DNA of 64,000 nt, from positions 2,232,001 through 2,296,000 of the forward strand of contig NC_135262.1 in the NCBI RefSeq assembly GCF_964204865.1, in the 5' to 3' direction. Shown piece by piece: positions 12,501-26,400 of this stretch. Source of the stretch: Styela clava (Eukaryota). Every line of letters begins with the position of its first letter. Position 1 is the stretch's first letter. Under the pieces are notes generated by a model. The model did not search any database, had not been told where the DNA came from, and worked only from the letters and a program-made list of their open reading frames with translations. The position numbers were made by a program, and so were the translations under genes.

Positions 12501-15310
12501 GCTATATTATTTGTTTCTTATCATCTGGGCATGTTTGGAATAGTTAATACCTCATAATTTACGAATCAGATTCGGGAATATTCAAGCCGAGCTATAGCAC
12601 GTGATGTTGAATGGCTTGGTATTGCTTTTTGGACACAAAGTGGGCCTATAGATCGTTTTGTTATTGTGTTGCTGTTGTTGATTGGTCGCTATGGGGAAAT
12701 TATTTATTTCAAAAGTTTTCGTGGGCTCTATGAAATTCGTTTCACACTATGAACTTTTGCGTGATGACGTCATCGAATTAAAAAATGCGCAACTTATGCT
12801 GCGCACTGGTACAGTAAAATATTAGATACCCGTACTTCTCAGTTTTAGCTTTCGTGTCCATTTATTTGAGCATTGATCTCTTTGCACGAAGGATATGAAA
12901 TTGGACATGCAAAGCTTGTGGACCATATTATCCTAGCAAGCTGACGATTAAGCCGTTTCGTCGATCAGTAGCAGGCTACGTAGTATTGAATTTTAATGCA
13001 ATCACCGAGTTTAATGTTCAATTTCCGTATTGATTATTTTGGTAAAAAGTGAGCTATCTGACAATAATAACATATGATGATAATCCGTATATTTCATACA
13101 ACTTCCAAAGACTGTTGAGATTCCTTAGAACTGAACATAACATTCCTCTCATAAGGCATTTAATACATGTTACATTTAATACATAGCGATTCCGAGAGAA
13201 TACATAAGATCAGAGGAACGGAGCACTTGCGGAACAATGGCGACTTAACAGGGTGTGTTAAAAATTTAATATATTGCAAGGGGTTGCGAGCTTAAAGTTT
13301 GGGAAGATTTGACTCCTACAATTTTATCAGAGTGTTCAGATTCATAACGGCTGATACTGTTTGAGTAGTTGTATATTGTTCAGATGTACTAATGGAGAAC
13401 AAGGCAAAAATAGTTAGACATGATGTAATACAGAAGTATGCTAACTCGATGTTGATTGAAAATGCCATTTTGTTTTTGATATCAGTAATCCATGGCGATT
13501 AAGCGTTTTCGGCGATCAGAAGCAGGCTGCGGTATATTGGTTTTTAATACATTCATCGGTTTTCCTGACCAGATTACGGGTTCCATTCTTCAATCAATAC
13601 ACGAACCTCAATTTAGGATGTAATTTCTTCTAGCGAATATCGATTAATCGGCGATAAGCCTATATGAGCGGCAGAGCAAAAGGCTGTTAAAATGTTAGTT
13701 AAATTATTTGAATTATTAAGTAACTGATTTACGAGAAATAAATATCAGACTTGAGATACACACGGGCCACGCGTAATTGAATGTTATATCTTTGTACAAG
13801 CTTGAATAATTTATACAGCGAGGTCACCGCTGTTTATTTCTTAACTTTAATGACGATGTGTTTTTACTAATTTTGTTTTATTTTTCAGCAGTATTTGAAT
13901 GGCGATTGGAAGCTGGTATTATAGCTGTCAATAATAGCTATTAGTCTCCAGCTCTGGTCGCAGATTATGGCGTCAGGGACTTAATTGAGAAGCGCTTTAA
14001 GTAATGTGTTAGTGTCAGATTGAATTGAAGGGAAGCAGCAACCAATTGATTGAATTTTGTAATGCGGAATAGTTCAGACTTTGGTGCAGGGTTTCCTAAA
14101 CTTTTAAGCTCGCGACCACTTCCAATATATTGGAATTTTCAGCGACCCTTGTTAAGTCGGCATTGTTATGCAAGCAGCTTTCCTGATCCTATGTGTTCTC
14201 TCGAAATCGTAAGATTTATGTTTTGCACTAGTTTTATGTTTCGAATCAAAAGTCTAAAAATGTAGATAGTACTTTGTGTGGAACTGGTGTACTCTTTGCG
14301 ACCCCTAACCCCACCCTCCTTCGGGGTTGCGACCCCACTGGATCTAGGCCAGTGGTTTCCAAACGATGTTCCGCGGCACCTTAGAGTTTCGTCAGCACAG
14401 TGCATAAGTTCCGAAAGTTTCCTGTCAAGCTAAGCATTCATAATATTATATGTATATTATTTAAATATAGCGAACTGCCTCTTCGGTTTGCCACTATTAT
14501 TAAGCTTGCTCCACCCTAAAGATCATATTGTTTTGCCAGTTTAGGTTTGTTTTTATATACATTTATAGTCTATAAAATACAGGTGAGCAACTACACAGGA
14601 TTTCTTTGAGCCTATGAAATGTTTCTTTGAGGTTCCACTCCGCCGAAAGAGTTGTCGACCACTCATTTAAAAAAGCATTGTTTTGAATCAGTTTTTTCAG
14701 TCTCAGAAGTTAAAAGAAGTCTATTCTATGTATAGCCATTAGAAGGTAAAAATCTACAACGTCGCACCAATTGTGATGCCACTTTGGCATGCGTTTAATC
14801 TCATAGAGACATTCTCATAGACTTCAGTTCCTAACCCTAACTAAAATCACCCAGATCTGCAACCTATACGATCGCATACCAAAGTAGCACCTTAATATCT
14901 GCCAAAGCAGGATAAGAGTCAGTTTTAAATGGTGGCGATGATAAAAGACTATAAAAGTGTCACCACATGTTCGAATTTCCGGATATTGTAGTCTAAAATG
15001 ATATTGGAGTATGCTCTGTTGATCAATAAACTTCGAAGGTTTCTCGCAGTGATTTGTTTGGCAATTAATCATACTAATTAACCGTTAATCATGTCTAATC
15101 AATTCACTGATATATTTCGAAAAAGCTTTTTAATGGCGAAAATACTGTCTGAATGCTGTCAGATTTCATTGCTGTTGTCCATTTAAAGAATGACTTAAAT
15201 AATGTAAATTTTACTTATTGTCGTATTTATCAAAAGCTTCACAATACAATACCAAACGCTTTCTTCGACAATATACAGAGTGTCCATTAAGATGGACACA
15301 TAGCATATTC

Positions 15311-15502
15311 GGTTCCATTACATTTGAACCCACGTACATTTGAACCCATGACAATTGCACCTGTATGCTATTGCACCTATGGATTTTTTTTTGTTTTTCG
15401 GATAGTTGAACCCATACTAACCCTAACCCATGGGTTTTAACACCCGCATATAGATTGAACCCGTGGATATGATATGCACATGGGTTCAAATGTACGGTCA
15501 CC
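15311..15502. mobile_element. Family C MITE, 9-bp TSD, MULE/Mutator-like (also 10495-10598, 51196-51413, partial about 4084-4200)
   Basis: GGTTCC...GGTCACC ends with tandem TACATTTGAACCC subrepeats; TSDs AGCATATTC / AGCATAATC, GTTTGAGAG (perfect), TAAATTAAT / TAAATGAAT. Confidence 0.85.
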
Positions 15503-16324
15503 AGCATAATCATATATTTTTAGTAAAATTAATGATAATTGGTGGAATAAGGGTGAAAAAAATACTAGTTTCAATTACATACTAAAAATTATCTAAATAT
15601 TCTATGTGTCCAGACCCGGTACAGTGTATATGGTGTCTCCTTCAAGAAAATCTCTTACGCAACCCGTTAGTTAATAGTACTGCAGTACTAAGGCACATTT
15701 TTTCGGCGCAATGAATAGAAGCAGGGATGAAACATTAAATGCAACCAGTATGCTCCCAAGCTTTTCCTTTTAGGGAGAAGGGTTCCACTTTTGGGGGTGA
15801 TAAATATTTTGATATTAGTGATGAAACTATTCGTAACTCATAAATATGTGTCATGTATTTGACTGAACATCTGCATCAGATATGCTCCAATTTCTGAATA
15901 TTTAAATACAATTATATTCAAGTTAGGAATTTAAAATGTGGTGTCACACCTCACAATTAGAATGAGGGTGTAGGAAAATCATTGTGTGCAAATAAATCAA
16001 AAGACCTATACATATCTTGCCAGCTCATTATTTCTACCATGGTGAAGTATGTATGGTAAGCAGCATAAAATACAGTTTAGCAACATTTCGATGTTTATAC
16101 AGAGAAACTTCTATTATTTTTTATATAGATTGTCCTGATGAAGTTTGTCAATATAAACATTCGAATCATTGACTAAACTTAATTATATCGTTTTTTTTCG
16201 TACTTACATAACCTCGACTCTCATATTCGATTAAACCAATCCGTTACTGACGAATATTGAGAGAGGATAATCTTTGTTCCCGATTAGCTTTTTAGTCATT
16301 TCATGCATAATTGAACAAGCTCTA

Positions 16325-16850
16325 GCGTTCAGCGATTCATTGAGGCAGACGCAAACGAAATCATATTTAAAATTAAAGTTTTTCGATTTAATAAGGCAGA
16401 CGTACACGAAATGATATTTTAAATTAAGATTTAGCGATCCAATAAGGCAGACGCAAACGAAATGATTTTTAATCCTAAGGTTTTTGCGACCAATAAGGAT
16501 GCAAACGAAATGGTATTATAAAATCAAGGTTTTAACCATTTTCAACAAGGCAGATGCAAAAGAAATGATATTTAAAACTAATGTTGAGCGATTCAATGTG
16601 GCAGACGCAAACGAAAATGTTTTTGAAATTGAGGTTTAGCGAATCAAGAAAGCAGACGCAAACGAAATGATATTTAAAATTTAGGTTTAGCGATTCAATA
16701 AGACAGACGCAAAAGAAATGATATTCAAAACTAAGGTTTGGGTTTAAGCAATCCAACAAGGCAGATATATATTCAAAGGAATTGATTTTCGAAAACTAAG
16801 GTTTTAGCTGATCAAAAGAGCTGGACACAAACGATATTTAAAATTGAGGC
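16325..16850. repeat. Minisatellite, about 51-bp unit, roughly 9-10 degenerate copies
   Basis: Unit GCAGACGCAAACGAAATGATATTTAAAATTAAGGTTTAGCGATTCAATAAG; GCAGAC recurs at 16345, 16396, 16447. Confidence 0.9.
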
Positions 16851-17118
16851 TTTCTAGAGTGTTCACATAGTCCTGTTGCAATTTCGGTTTTGTTATGAAG
16901 TCAGTTCTCAATATATCTTGAACACGTTAGTTTTATTTTAACCTGTGTTTGTTTGTATCGATGTAATATGTTCTTAGTTATTTAAAAAAATCTGGGATAT
17001 ATCTCGGCAGTTTTGTTGTAAATTTATGTTATTCATCTATTTTCAACAGATTTTAGCATAATTATCTTTTTCTATTACTCATTTACAAAGCAAACAATGA
17101 CTGAGAACTACTGACAAA

Positions 17119-17403
17119 ATGTCGAATTCAGATCGTGACGTCATACCGAGTGTGACATCATCAAATTACGTCAAAACAGACTTTCTTCCTTCACCTCGAC
17201 GAAAAAGTACCGAAGCAAAAAGTCCCGGTCGTGCATCAACTTGCTCTGCAATGTCGGCAAGTTCAGAGGACACTTCCGATTCCGGGTTTTATCAGTTGGC
17301 CCCAGAAGTAAACACGGAAGTAACAGGACTGAGCCCAAGACCTTCTCCGCGGGCCATAAGAAGATTGTCAGGAATGACTGAATCTAACGACGGTGAAGAT
17401 ATA
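17119..17403 (+). CDS. Gene 1 coding exon 1 (Ser/Pro-rich disordered N-terminus)
   Basis: ATG at 17119; donor GTAAGT at 17404; upstream acceptor tttcaacag ends at 17049. Confidence 0.8.
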
Positions 17404-20400
17404 GTAAGTTTATAAGATTTCAGTGCATTATTATACTGATTATTTGAATCAGGGTGTTGATATGATAATTATATGACGTCATGAACGATTACGACATTGC
17501 TATGGGCAATTACTTTTCCGAGTGGGCCAGTTACAGATAATTACTGGTTACTGGGCCGCAGGCTTAAAACTGAATATGGACAACTATGAATAAGAACAGT
17601 TTATTTACAACACCTGGCCCAACAGCTAGGCTAACGTTTGTATAATAATAGAAGCACAGTGGTCAACAATCGGGTTATTATGACGTTATTTTGATTGATA
17701 TTTTCAGTGGAAATTTATATCCATGAAAACTATAGTCGTAATTTCAGAAGACACAAGTATGCCGAATGAAACACTTTGATGAGTCGGATCCGGCCCGCGG
17801 GTCGTAATTTTCCCACCTGGCTGGTGCTCACATCTGGGTTCAACCATACCCACCACCTCTCTCAGGGTGCAATGAATTGGGCAGGTTGTGCCGAACCGGA
17901 AAGATATTTACAAAATTGGACCTCCTGATATATGCAAACCAAAATGGCGCACAACCTGAACCCAGGTTATTTACTAGGTTAGGGTTCAGGTTATGTGACA
18001 TCTTGGTGCGCATACCTCAGGAGTACCACAAAATCTCTACAAAAATAACTTTCATGTTTTCAGGATTTCTTTCTTAAAGTTGTGAGCGAGTTCCGGGATT
18101 ACGTGACTGAGAAGATCGAAGGACTCGAAGAACAAAACGTCGTCAACGAAAATCGTCTTCATGACCTACAACAATTGTTAAAAGAATCGGAGGTTTGTTA
18201 CGTCATCATTATTTTTTAATTTTTCCATAACTTTTAGAATCAGGTCAAGGTTATTATTGAGCGACAAAGAAGTGCAGAAGTTTTGGTATTCCAGAAGTAT
18301 GTGCACCAAGATGGCGGACACCGAAACGTAGTATGTGTACCAGGTTAGGGTTAGGCCATAATTTTATTCCAATTTTCCTTATTTTAGTTCTATTACAAGT
18401 TCGGGGACTAGCCAAGTTACTCCCGTAGTATTTGTACCTGATATTGTGGCCTAACCCTAACCTGGTACACATACTACGTTCGAGTGTCCGCCATCTTGGT
18501 TCACATACTTCTGGAATACCAAAGTTTTACTATTAGACGTAGTAGGTTAAAATCATCTGCATGTCATAGCAAAATCATGACAACTTGTGCGCCAAAGATG
18601 AGCGAATTTTATCATTTAATCTAAATCAAAATCATCCACATAACTTGCTAACATGTGTTACAAAAATCGGAGGTTTGTTACGTCACAATTTTTTCAATCA
18701 ATATTTGTATGACCTTCAAAGTTGGTTCAAGGACAAATTAGATGTTAGTGAATTATTATACTGAGTAACAGTAAAATATAGATGTTGATTTAGGGTGTGG
18801 ATTTGATAATTTCTTAAAAATAAAATATTTTAGAATTTTTTAATCCTCTCTTACTGTGTATAAAAAGTACTTTAATTATTCAATCTTTAGTGGATTCTTA
18901 ACTAGTGTTACGCGCAAGTCGCACTCCAGATTTAGTACAATTTAAGCAGTTTATAGTATGTACATTAGTATTATCAGTAAACCTACAGCAAATACAAAGC
19001 AAACTTCCTCCTCAATATCAACAAAAATCCTCCCTGGGGACGAATTTCTCCCGATTGGGAAACGTTACCTTTAGCTTAATCAATGCAAGGTAACCTAATT
19101 AGAATTTACATTTTGTAGTTGACCTTTACTTTATAGAAGGAATCAATAATACGAGTGAATCGGACGTTTTTTCTAATATTAAACTCTATTTGTTGGCGAA
19201 ACGAAATGGAGAAGCTTGTTATTTTAATCCCGCTTCATTATTTCGGCGGGAAAACAAAATTCGCGCTAATTTTGGACCCATTGTTAATCCATTGTTACGT
19301 AACTATCGATTTCTGCTTACGTCAATGAGCGCGGGAAAACACAATTGTGATAAAATAATGAGATTTTCAGATTGTTGTTCTATAAAACCAGACTGAAATC
19401 ACACACCTGTCGGTTCCATGTCCCGGCTTTTTTTAGTTATTTTTGGAAACACGCTGATCAGGATGTTAGTCATTGTACAGAATGCAAAGTAGGTCTGTGA
19501 CTCGAATTTGGAATCCAGGAATAATAACTAATTTCAAAACGTTGTAATATATCGCAAATGTTTAGTAATTAATAGTAAATTCATAACGGATAAGAGGCAA
19601 ATGAAATAGTTTGTCGACATTTCGGATGCATATAACAGCGGTTCCTAACTGGAGCACAGAGAGAAGCCATAAAAATTTTCATTCGACTATCAAGACACAT
19701 CTTTCAAACTTTGTCGATATTTTTTCATGAGAACGCTCTTCACTTAATTTTTTGATAAAAGTTTGCATGAAAAAAGTACCGGCCCTTCAACTAAATTTAA
19801 GAAACCGTAATGGCAGATAAGTGGCAATCGATAACTGATGTATCGATAACTACATATATATATATATATATCTGTAGTCAACACATATGTCAGTATGTTT
19901 TCAGAAGATTTATTTGAATTTAAGACTCGCTCAAAGACCTGAAAAAAAAAACAGGTTTGAACCGGTTCGAGTCGGTATTTTCAAGTTCAAGCAGGGTTGT
20001 GCTTCTAAAATTAAACCCATGAACTGGTCAAATGGAAATCAATTTTTCTATTGGACGCGCAACTAAGCTGACTTATGTATAATTGATTTGGCGTTTTAAT
20101 GGATTCAATTGACGTAAGATTAACTTCATAATTATAACGCGATATATCGAAAACTAATCGAAATGTCATTCCGGCGATTTAATAATATGGTCAAATATTG
20201 CATTAATATGTGATCCGCATTGGAGAATTTGTCTTATTTCGTAAGCAAGGATTTCGCACTTTATTTCATTTAATTCGTTTACATGTTTCGTCTACACTAC
20301 AGTCTACACCAAGTCCATGTCGTCTGAAACAAATAACTGGCTAACTATTCCCATGCCCGACATAGACTGGTAACAAGACGAGGTGCCGTTGTTCAGCATA

Positions 20401-23400
20401 AGATTAAACCGTCCTCTTTGTCTCATTTCGTAAGTGAGAATTTCGCACTTTATTTTATTTACATGTTTCGCAGGTACCAAGAACATGTGTCAAATAACTG
20501 GAAAGAGAATTCCATGCCCGTGGTGTGGTCTGGACCAATTGCTTTTCTTTTTATTTATTTCGAAAATATCTGTGGTCTCTATGCGATTTGTTTTTCTCTT
20601 CGAAGTTTTGTGTGATGACGTCATCAAATTAAAAATTGTGTGCCCGTGGTTTCGTGATCACATCTCAGTGATCTGGTGGTTAGACTGGAAAACTAGTGCA
20701 GTCCATGTACCGTTACCCTGATACAGTAACTAGTAAGTTACCGCATATCATTTTCGGGGAATTGATGATAAAATATTTCGTTTTGCCCTCCGTATCCACA
20801 TATTTGAGCATAACTCTATTGTTCTTTTTAGGATTCCTGGACAGAATATGAAGTCACCCTTACGAAGGACATCAATCACGTAGTGGCTCTACTGCACAGG
20901 CAACAAGGCATCTTTATGGAGAATATTAAGGTATTTTATTTCGTAAATTAGTTTGAGAATGTAGCGGAATTTTTGGTTACGAAATTAATTTATGGACCAT
21001 TTTAAAAAATTGATGTTGCTGTTATATTTCTGACTTGGGTAAACTACTGCCCGCGGGCCGAATCCGGCTCATTGGGTAGATCAATCTGGCCGCCTGATGC
21101 TGCGACAACCAAACTCTAAAACTAAATTTTTGATCCTTTAGCTGGAAAATAGCACAAAAAATTGTTGAGTTCCGATTAAATATTGGTTTGGCACAAAGGT
21201 TATTGTTTGCTACTTCTGCTTTTGTGACACTGTAAATATTGTTCCTGAAATGTAACTTTTTACATCACACCTACATGGCCTGTCATTCTAAGTGGGCGAA
21301 ATTGTTGGCTCCTGGTTCAAAAACCTTGCTCACCTCTGGTCTAGTTTGAAGGTCTACCGGGAAATATCTAGTTGAAATTTCGGGCCAATTCGTAATTTTG
21401 CTATAGCTTGATGTTGCACCAGTCTGTAGACGTGATAGCTATTTTCTTGACGAATTATACTAAATAGTATTTCTTAAAGATCTTGTGCGTACCATAGCCA
21501 GTACTCAATATACAGGGAGTCCACAATTTCCCTTTACAATTTCAATTTTGTTAGTCAGTTTTCAATATATCCTAACCGGGTTTGTTGTTTTTTTTAATCA
21601 GTAATTGTTCAAGTATTTCTACTTCATTTAATACATCTGTGAAGGCCAAAACAATATATGGTATCGATAAATTCCCTTCGCAATTTTAAAAACTTTTAAG
21701 ACTTGATGAACATCCTACGTTTATATTGTTAGAAACATCGAGCAAAAGGAACTGATTTCCTGCGAGAAAAGATGGACGTTTGTCGGCGGAACATGAAAAT
21801 TATTGCCGGTGTTTTAAGTTTTGCAAGAAGAGTGAAAAATGAAAAAGACGATACAATAAGGGAACAAACTTTAAAGGAATTGAAACAAAGGTAAATTTAG
21901 TTTTGCGCAGATATCAATAACCCTCATTTTTGTACGTGCAACTACTAGAAAGACTGTGTTAAATAATGGAGCGGCCCGCGGTGTTAGCCAGTTTTTTGTA
22001 TCTTGCTCTCCTGTATTAAAAGTTGCACACTGCTGATTTACACCATTTTTTAAAAAAATTATTCCCCTAGACCAGTCTATTACGACCCAAAGCGGTTACT
22101 GAAATTAATGTCGGAAATCGGGATTCGCAATAAAAATGCCATTATAATAAATAGTGCTTCTTTATTATGTGTTTTCACGCATACACTTCGAGCCAGACTC
22201 CAAAAATCAACTACCTTTACGGAAGTTGTTAGTGTTTTGGAAAAAAACGATATTTTCCTGAATTAACACTGCTAATCAATTTTATTTATTTATTGAAACC
22301 TCGTTCAAATTCCGGGAAGGGAATACGGAGGTAGAAAGTCGATGTAAACAACACATTGTGAATTGTGAAAAAACGGCAAATAACAGCTATTATCATGTTC
22401 AATAATTTAGTTATCTTTTTTAGCTATTTGAGTAGACCTTTGCAGGGGAATAAGGATGAAGTGTAATACCGACATTTGCAGTTATTTGAAACAACATGTT
22501 TTGCATTATACTGTTAGCTGGTACTTTTTATCCATTACTTTGTATTCACAGTTGGATTTCTTCAAACAAAATGTTGTACCAGCATAATAAAGTTAGCACT
22601 GTAACCTTTAGAACAGTGGTTTCCAACCATTTTGGTGACCGGAACCCGAATGAAGTATTCCAGATGCTCGAGGAACCCTTGTGCAACAGTTGAATTGTAT
22701 AACTGATAAATATAAATAAACGCAAACCTAATGAGAAAGAAACAAAATGATCTTTAAAGTGTCAAGTTTAATTATAGTGGAAAGTATTCGATCATATTTG
22801 AACAATATACATATATAGGTATATAAATAAACTATAATATGAACTCTCGAATTTGAGAGGAAACTTGTGTATGAAAACCCTTTCTGGTTGAAACCACTGG
22901 ACTATGCTCTATCTATGTTACCGCGCCCACAAATTGTAAACCGTGATGCGAACAGTCCAATTAACCATTCGTCTCATTTGCAGATTCACGATGGCAAGCG
23001 AAAGAACGTTGCCAGAAATTGAAGGAATGGATGTGACCAAGGAACGTCTAGGATTAGATAAACTAGACGAGATGACAAGGATATTAGAAAACATGATGTC
23101 AGGTAAAAAATATTTATATGTATGTTATGGGGTCACCGCGGGACTCACTACTTTATCCTTCTATGCTTTTGCACGGTGGATTCGTATGCATATAATGCGA
23201 GGATACAGAGGCAAGATTGAAGATAACTAACTATTATTAACGAGTCTTAAAAATAAATCAAGATTATAGTCTTTCTTGCAAAGATCGCCTACCTTGTTTA
23301 TTGTACCCAAATAACCTTGTTGATGCGATGAAGGCTGATATCAGAAAAGTATATATTTGCCTTGCATAAACGATCACTGGTTTGTAAGAATGTATATTTT

Positions 23401-26400
23401 TAAGCGCATCAATTTGAAGCGGATTACATTGAATTTTTATTATTTTTATTATTATACCTCTTTGGTACCTTATTATACCTTTTTGGTAATGCGCTTTACA
23501 TTTAAATAAAAAAACTTGTACATGTATGCCGACATTTGTGTCATAGCTAGGATTGCGGGAAGCAATGGCTCTAGATATGTAACTGCCTATAACAGTTACG
23601 TGCAGTGTTCCCTCTAAAGTGTGCGCGTGTGCGCGCGCACACAGCTTTCAGAGGCTGCGCACACGCATAGATTTACTGCGCACAGACGTATTTCGATGTA
23701 ATGTAACAATGTTCTCGGTTGGCAGGTTGAGAAAGTTTGTTGTTGGCCCACCCATTACCCGGTTAGAACGCCAAAATTTCTTCATTAGTTTTTACACAAA
23801 TATTAATCATTACGCACACACCAAAATTTCTGCGCACACATACTACAAAAAATTAGAGGGAACATTGGTTACATGTGTCAATTCCACGTCATAAACTTCT
23901 GGTTTTCCAGTGAGGCGCCTTGTACGGTTTTCACCCCGAGCAAATCTGTCGTTTATCTGTCAATTTTCAATCCCCAAATCACTGAAATTAGGCGTACTGT
24001 GAGATATATTTTCTTTAATGTGTGTGTGTGTGGTATGAAAGTATATGGCGCTTTAAACAAATTAAGTCTTTTGCGCCAGACAATTTAAATCAAACTTTGT
24101 ATATGCCTATAGTACTCTCTTGGTAGATGATCCGCCCCCCATAATTCTGAAGCTCTGCAATAAATTCTTTGGTAAGAATGTAGTTGAATTTTTCTGTTGT
24201 AAACCATATAACTAAATTCTTTCTAGATGAACCCAATGGGAGTTCAAAAAATACTCCCCGAAATATCGCGCCAGTTATTCTTGCCCAAGCCTCTCGTAAC
24301 GACATAACTAAGAATAACGTACTGGTTCGATGGACTGGTGATGACGACACAGATGACGTCACATACGAAGTTTTTTGGGAGTTTGTTAGTGATGGAAAAG
24401 TCGTGAAAAGGTACGTATTTTTACCTTTTGTGTATATATACTAATCATTTAGCCTCGCCCAGGCTAAATATCCTGTACTCCTGTAGTGTGTGTGCCAGGT
24501 TAGAGTTAAGTCTTATCTTATTTTAGTTCTATTACGAGTTCGGGAACTAGTCAAGTGACTCCCGTAGTATATGTCCCTGGAATTATGGCCCAACTCTAAC
24601 CTGGTACACATACTACGTTCCGGTGTCCGCCATCTTGGTTTACATACTACGGGAGTACCGAATATCCCATATTCAAACTTCATTACACCACCAGCACGGT
24701 TATAATAAGTTTTATGGGCTTCCTTTTAATTTTCCTCAAGTTATGTTCTGGTGTCTCTGCTTTTTATATGCTTTTTGTGCTGTTTCGATTTATGTCACAC
24801 TCACAGGACCGTGATAAAAAACATGATTGGTTGATTTTTCTTCTCAGAAATGCGTACGGAATTACAGAAACTTTCTACATCATCAAAGATTTGAGTCCTA
24901 ATCATGACATCACAGTACAAATACAGAAACATCATCCGGAATTTTCAACTCAGCTTAGCCAATCAGCAATCTTTAAAACATTGCCACGTGAGTAGAAAAT
25001 GAATGTCTGCAGACATACAATTTCAACGAGATGGAGAAATGGAAATTTTTGGGAAATAACTCTCTCTTGTGTAATAACTGAAACTTTGAAAGCAATTGGA
25101 TCAGTTGTTAAATAAAATTTTATGTCTCAACAAAGACAACAATGGTGGCAGACGCGAAAGCCTAATTTTTAGAGCGTTGGATGTAACCTTTTTGTAAGGT
25201 TGTAAGGTTTTGTAAGGTTAGAGGTCGCGCCTCCGAATTCCGCGTCGGGCTAACGCTTTACCTAGGGATGTAGTAATTGGGCAGGCATTGAACTGAAATA
25301 ATTCTGGCCTTTTTTAAAATAAGAGCATACTTTACATACGAAGCTCCAGAAGTGCGTGTACCAATATGGATGTAACTAATTTTGTTCGCCTACTTTACAT
25401 CAAGTTGTGACTAGCACAGACAGTCCCGGAACTCATAATAGAACTAAAATATGGAAAAATGGAATAAAATTATGGGCTAACCCAAACCTGGTACGCACAC
25501 TACGGTAGTACCTCACGTACTATTAAATATTACGCGATCTGTAATTGTTAGTGCAGAGACTTAATCGGAGTTCCGAAACTCAGCATCTATGTGTCGCTGA
25601 GCAATTTCCAACTATTCGTCATGCGTCACGGTACGTCACATTGCGTTGTTAATACCGTCACGTTGTCGTAGTGACGCAGTCAAAACTGCAGGATAATAAA
25701 CACATTTTCCTATAAAATTCGGAAGGCTCATCCCAAAATCGCTGCAAAGTGTACATAGAAAAGATATTCAAATCCTCTAGATATATTGTCAATTTCACAT
25801 TAGGTTATTTCCGTTGCAAAACGAAGTATTTTGGTATTCAATAGTTGTTTCAATTTAAACGTGTATATTCTAGTAAATTTTCTCTTCCTCTTCAACAGCA
25901 TTTTATATAACAATGTTCATTTTACTTTTCTTAGAACCAGCAAAGTTCAAGTTAGACTCAGACACCGCAAATTCCAAACTTCAGATTTCTCCTGACCAAT
26001 ATAGTGTTCACTTTCCCGGAGAAGACAAAGGTGTAATACAAAAGTCACCTACGAGATTCACCTTCGCTCTAAACGTCTTGGGGAACATTTCTTTTTATAC
26101 CGGGAGGTATGGTTTTATTATCTTAATTGGGTGAATAAATGCGTGTGGTAATTTCTTGTTTTGATTCTGTCCTTTTTCGGTTTATAATATTCAAATTTAG
26201 GAATTTGTTATAACAATAAATTAAAGTAGATGGCCGAATATAGTAAAGTGATCGAATCTTTACTTCTTTCCCTCCGCCTATGTTAACCCAAGGTTGTACA
26301 ACATTTTTTATCGGGAGGCCATATAACCAGTTCCAGACATCTAACTGGGCCGCACAAAACATTAAGAGAGAAAGACAATGCGGCTATCGTTTAGCCTTAC

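Noticed and set aside
16325-16850. Possible CRISPR-like array
   Set aside because: Eukaryotic context, contiguous degenerate units without unique spacers, no cas genes.
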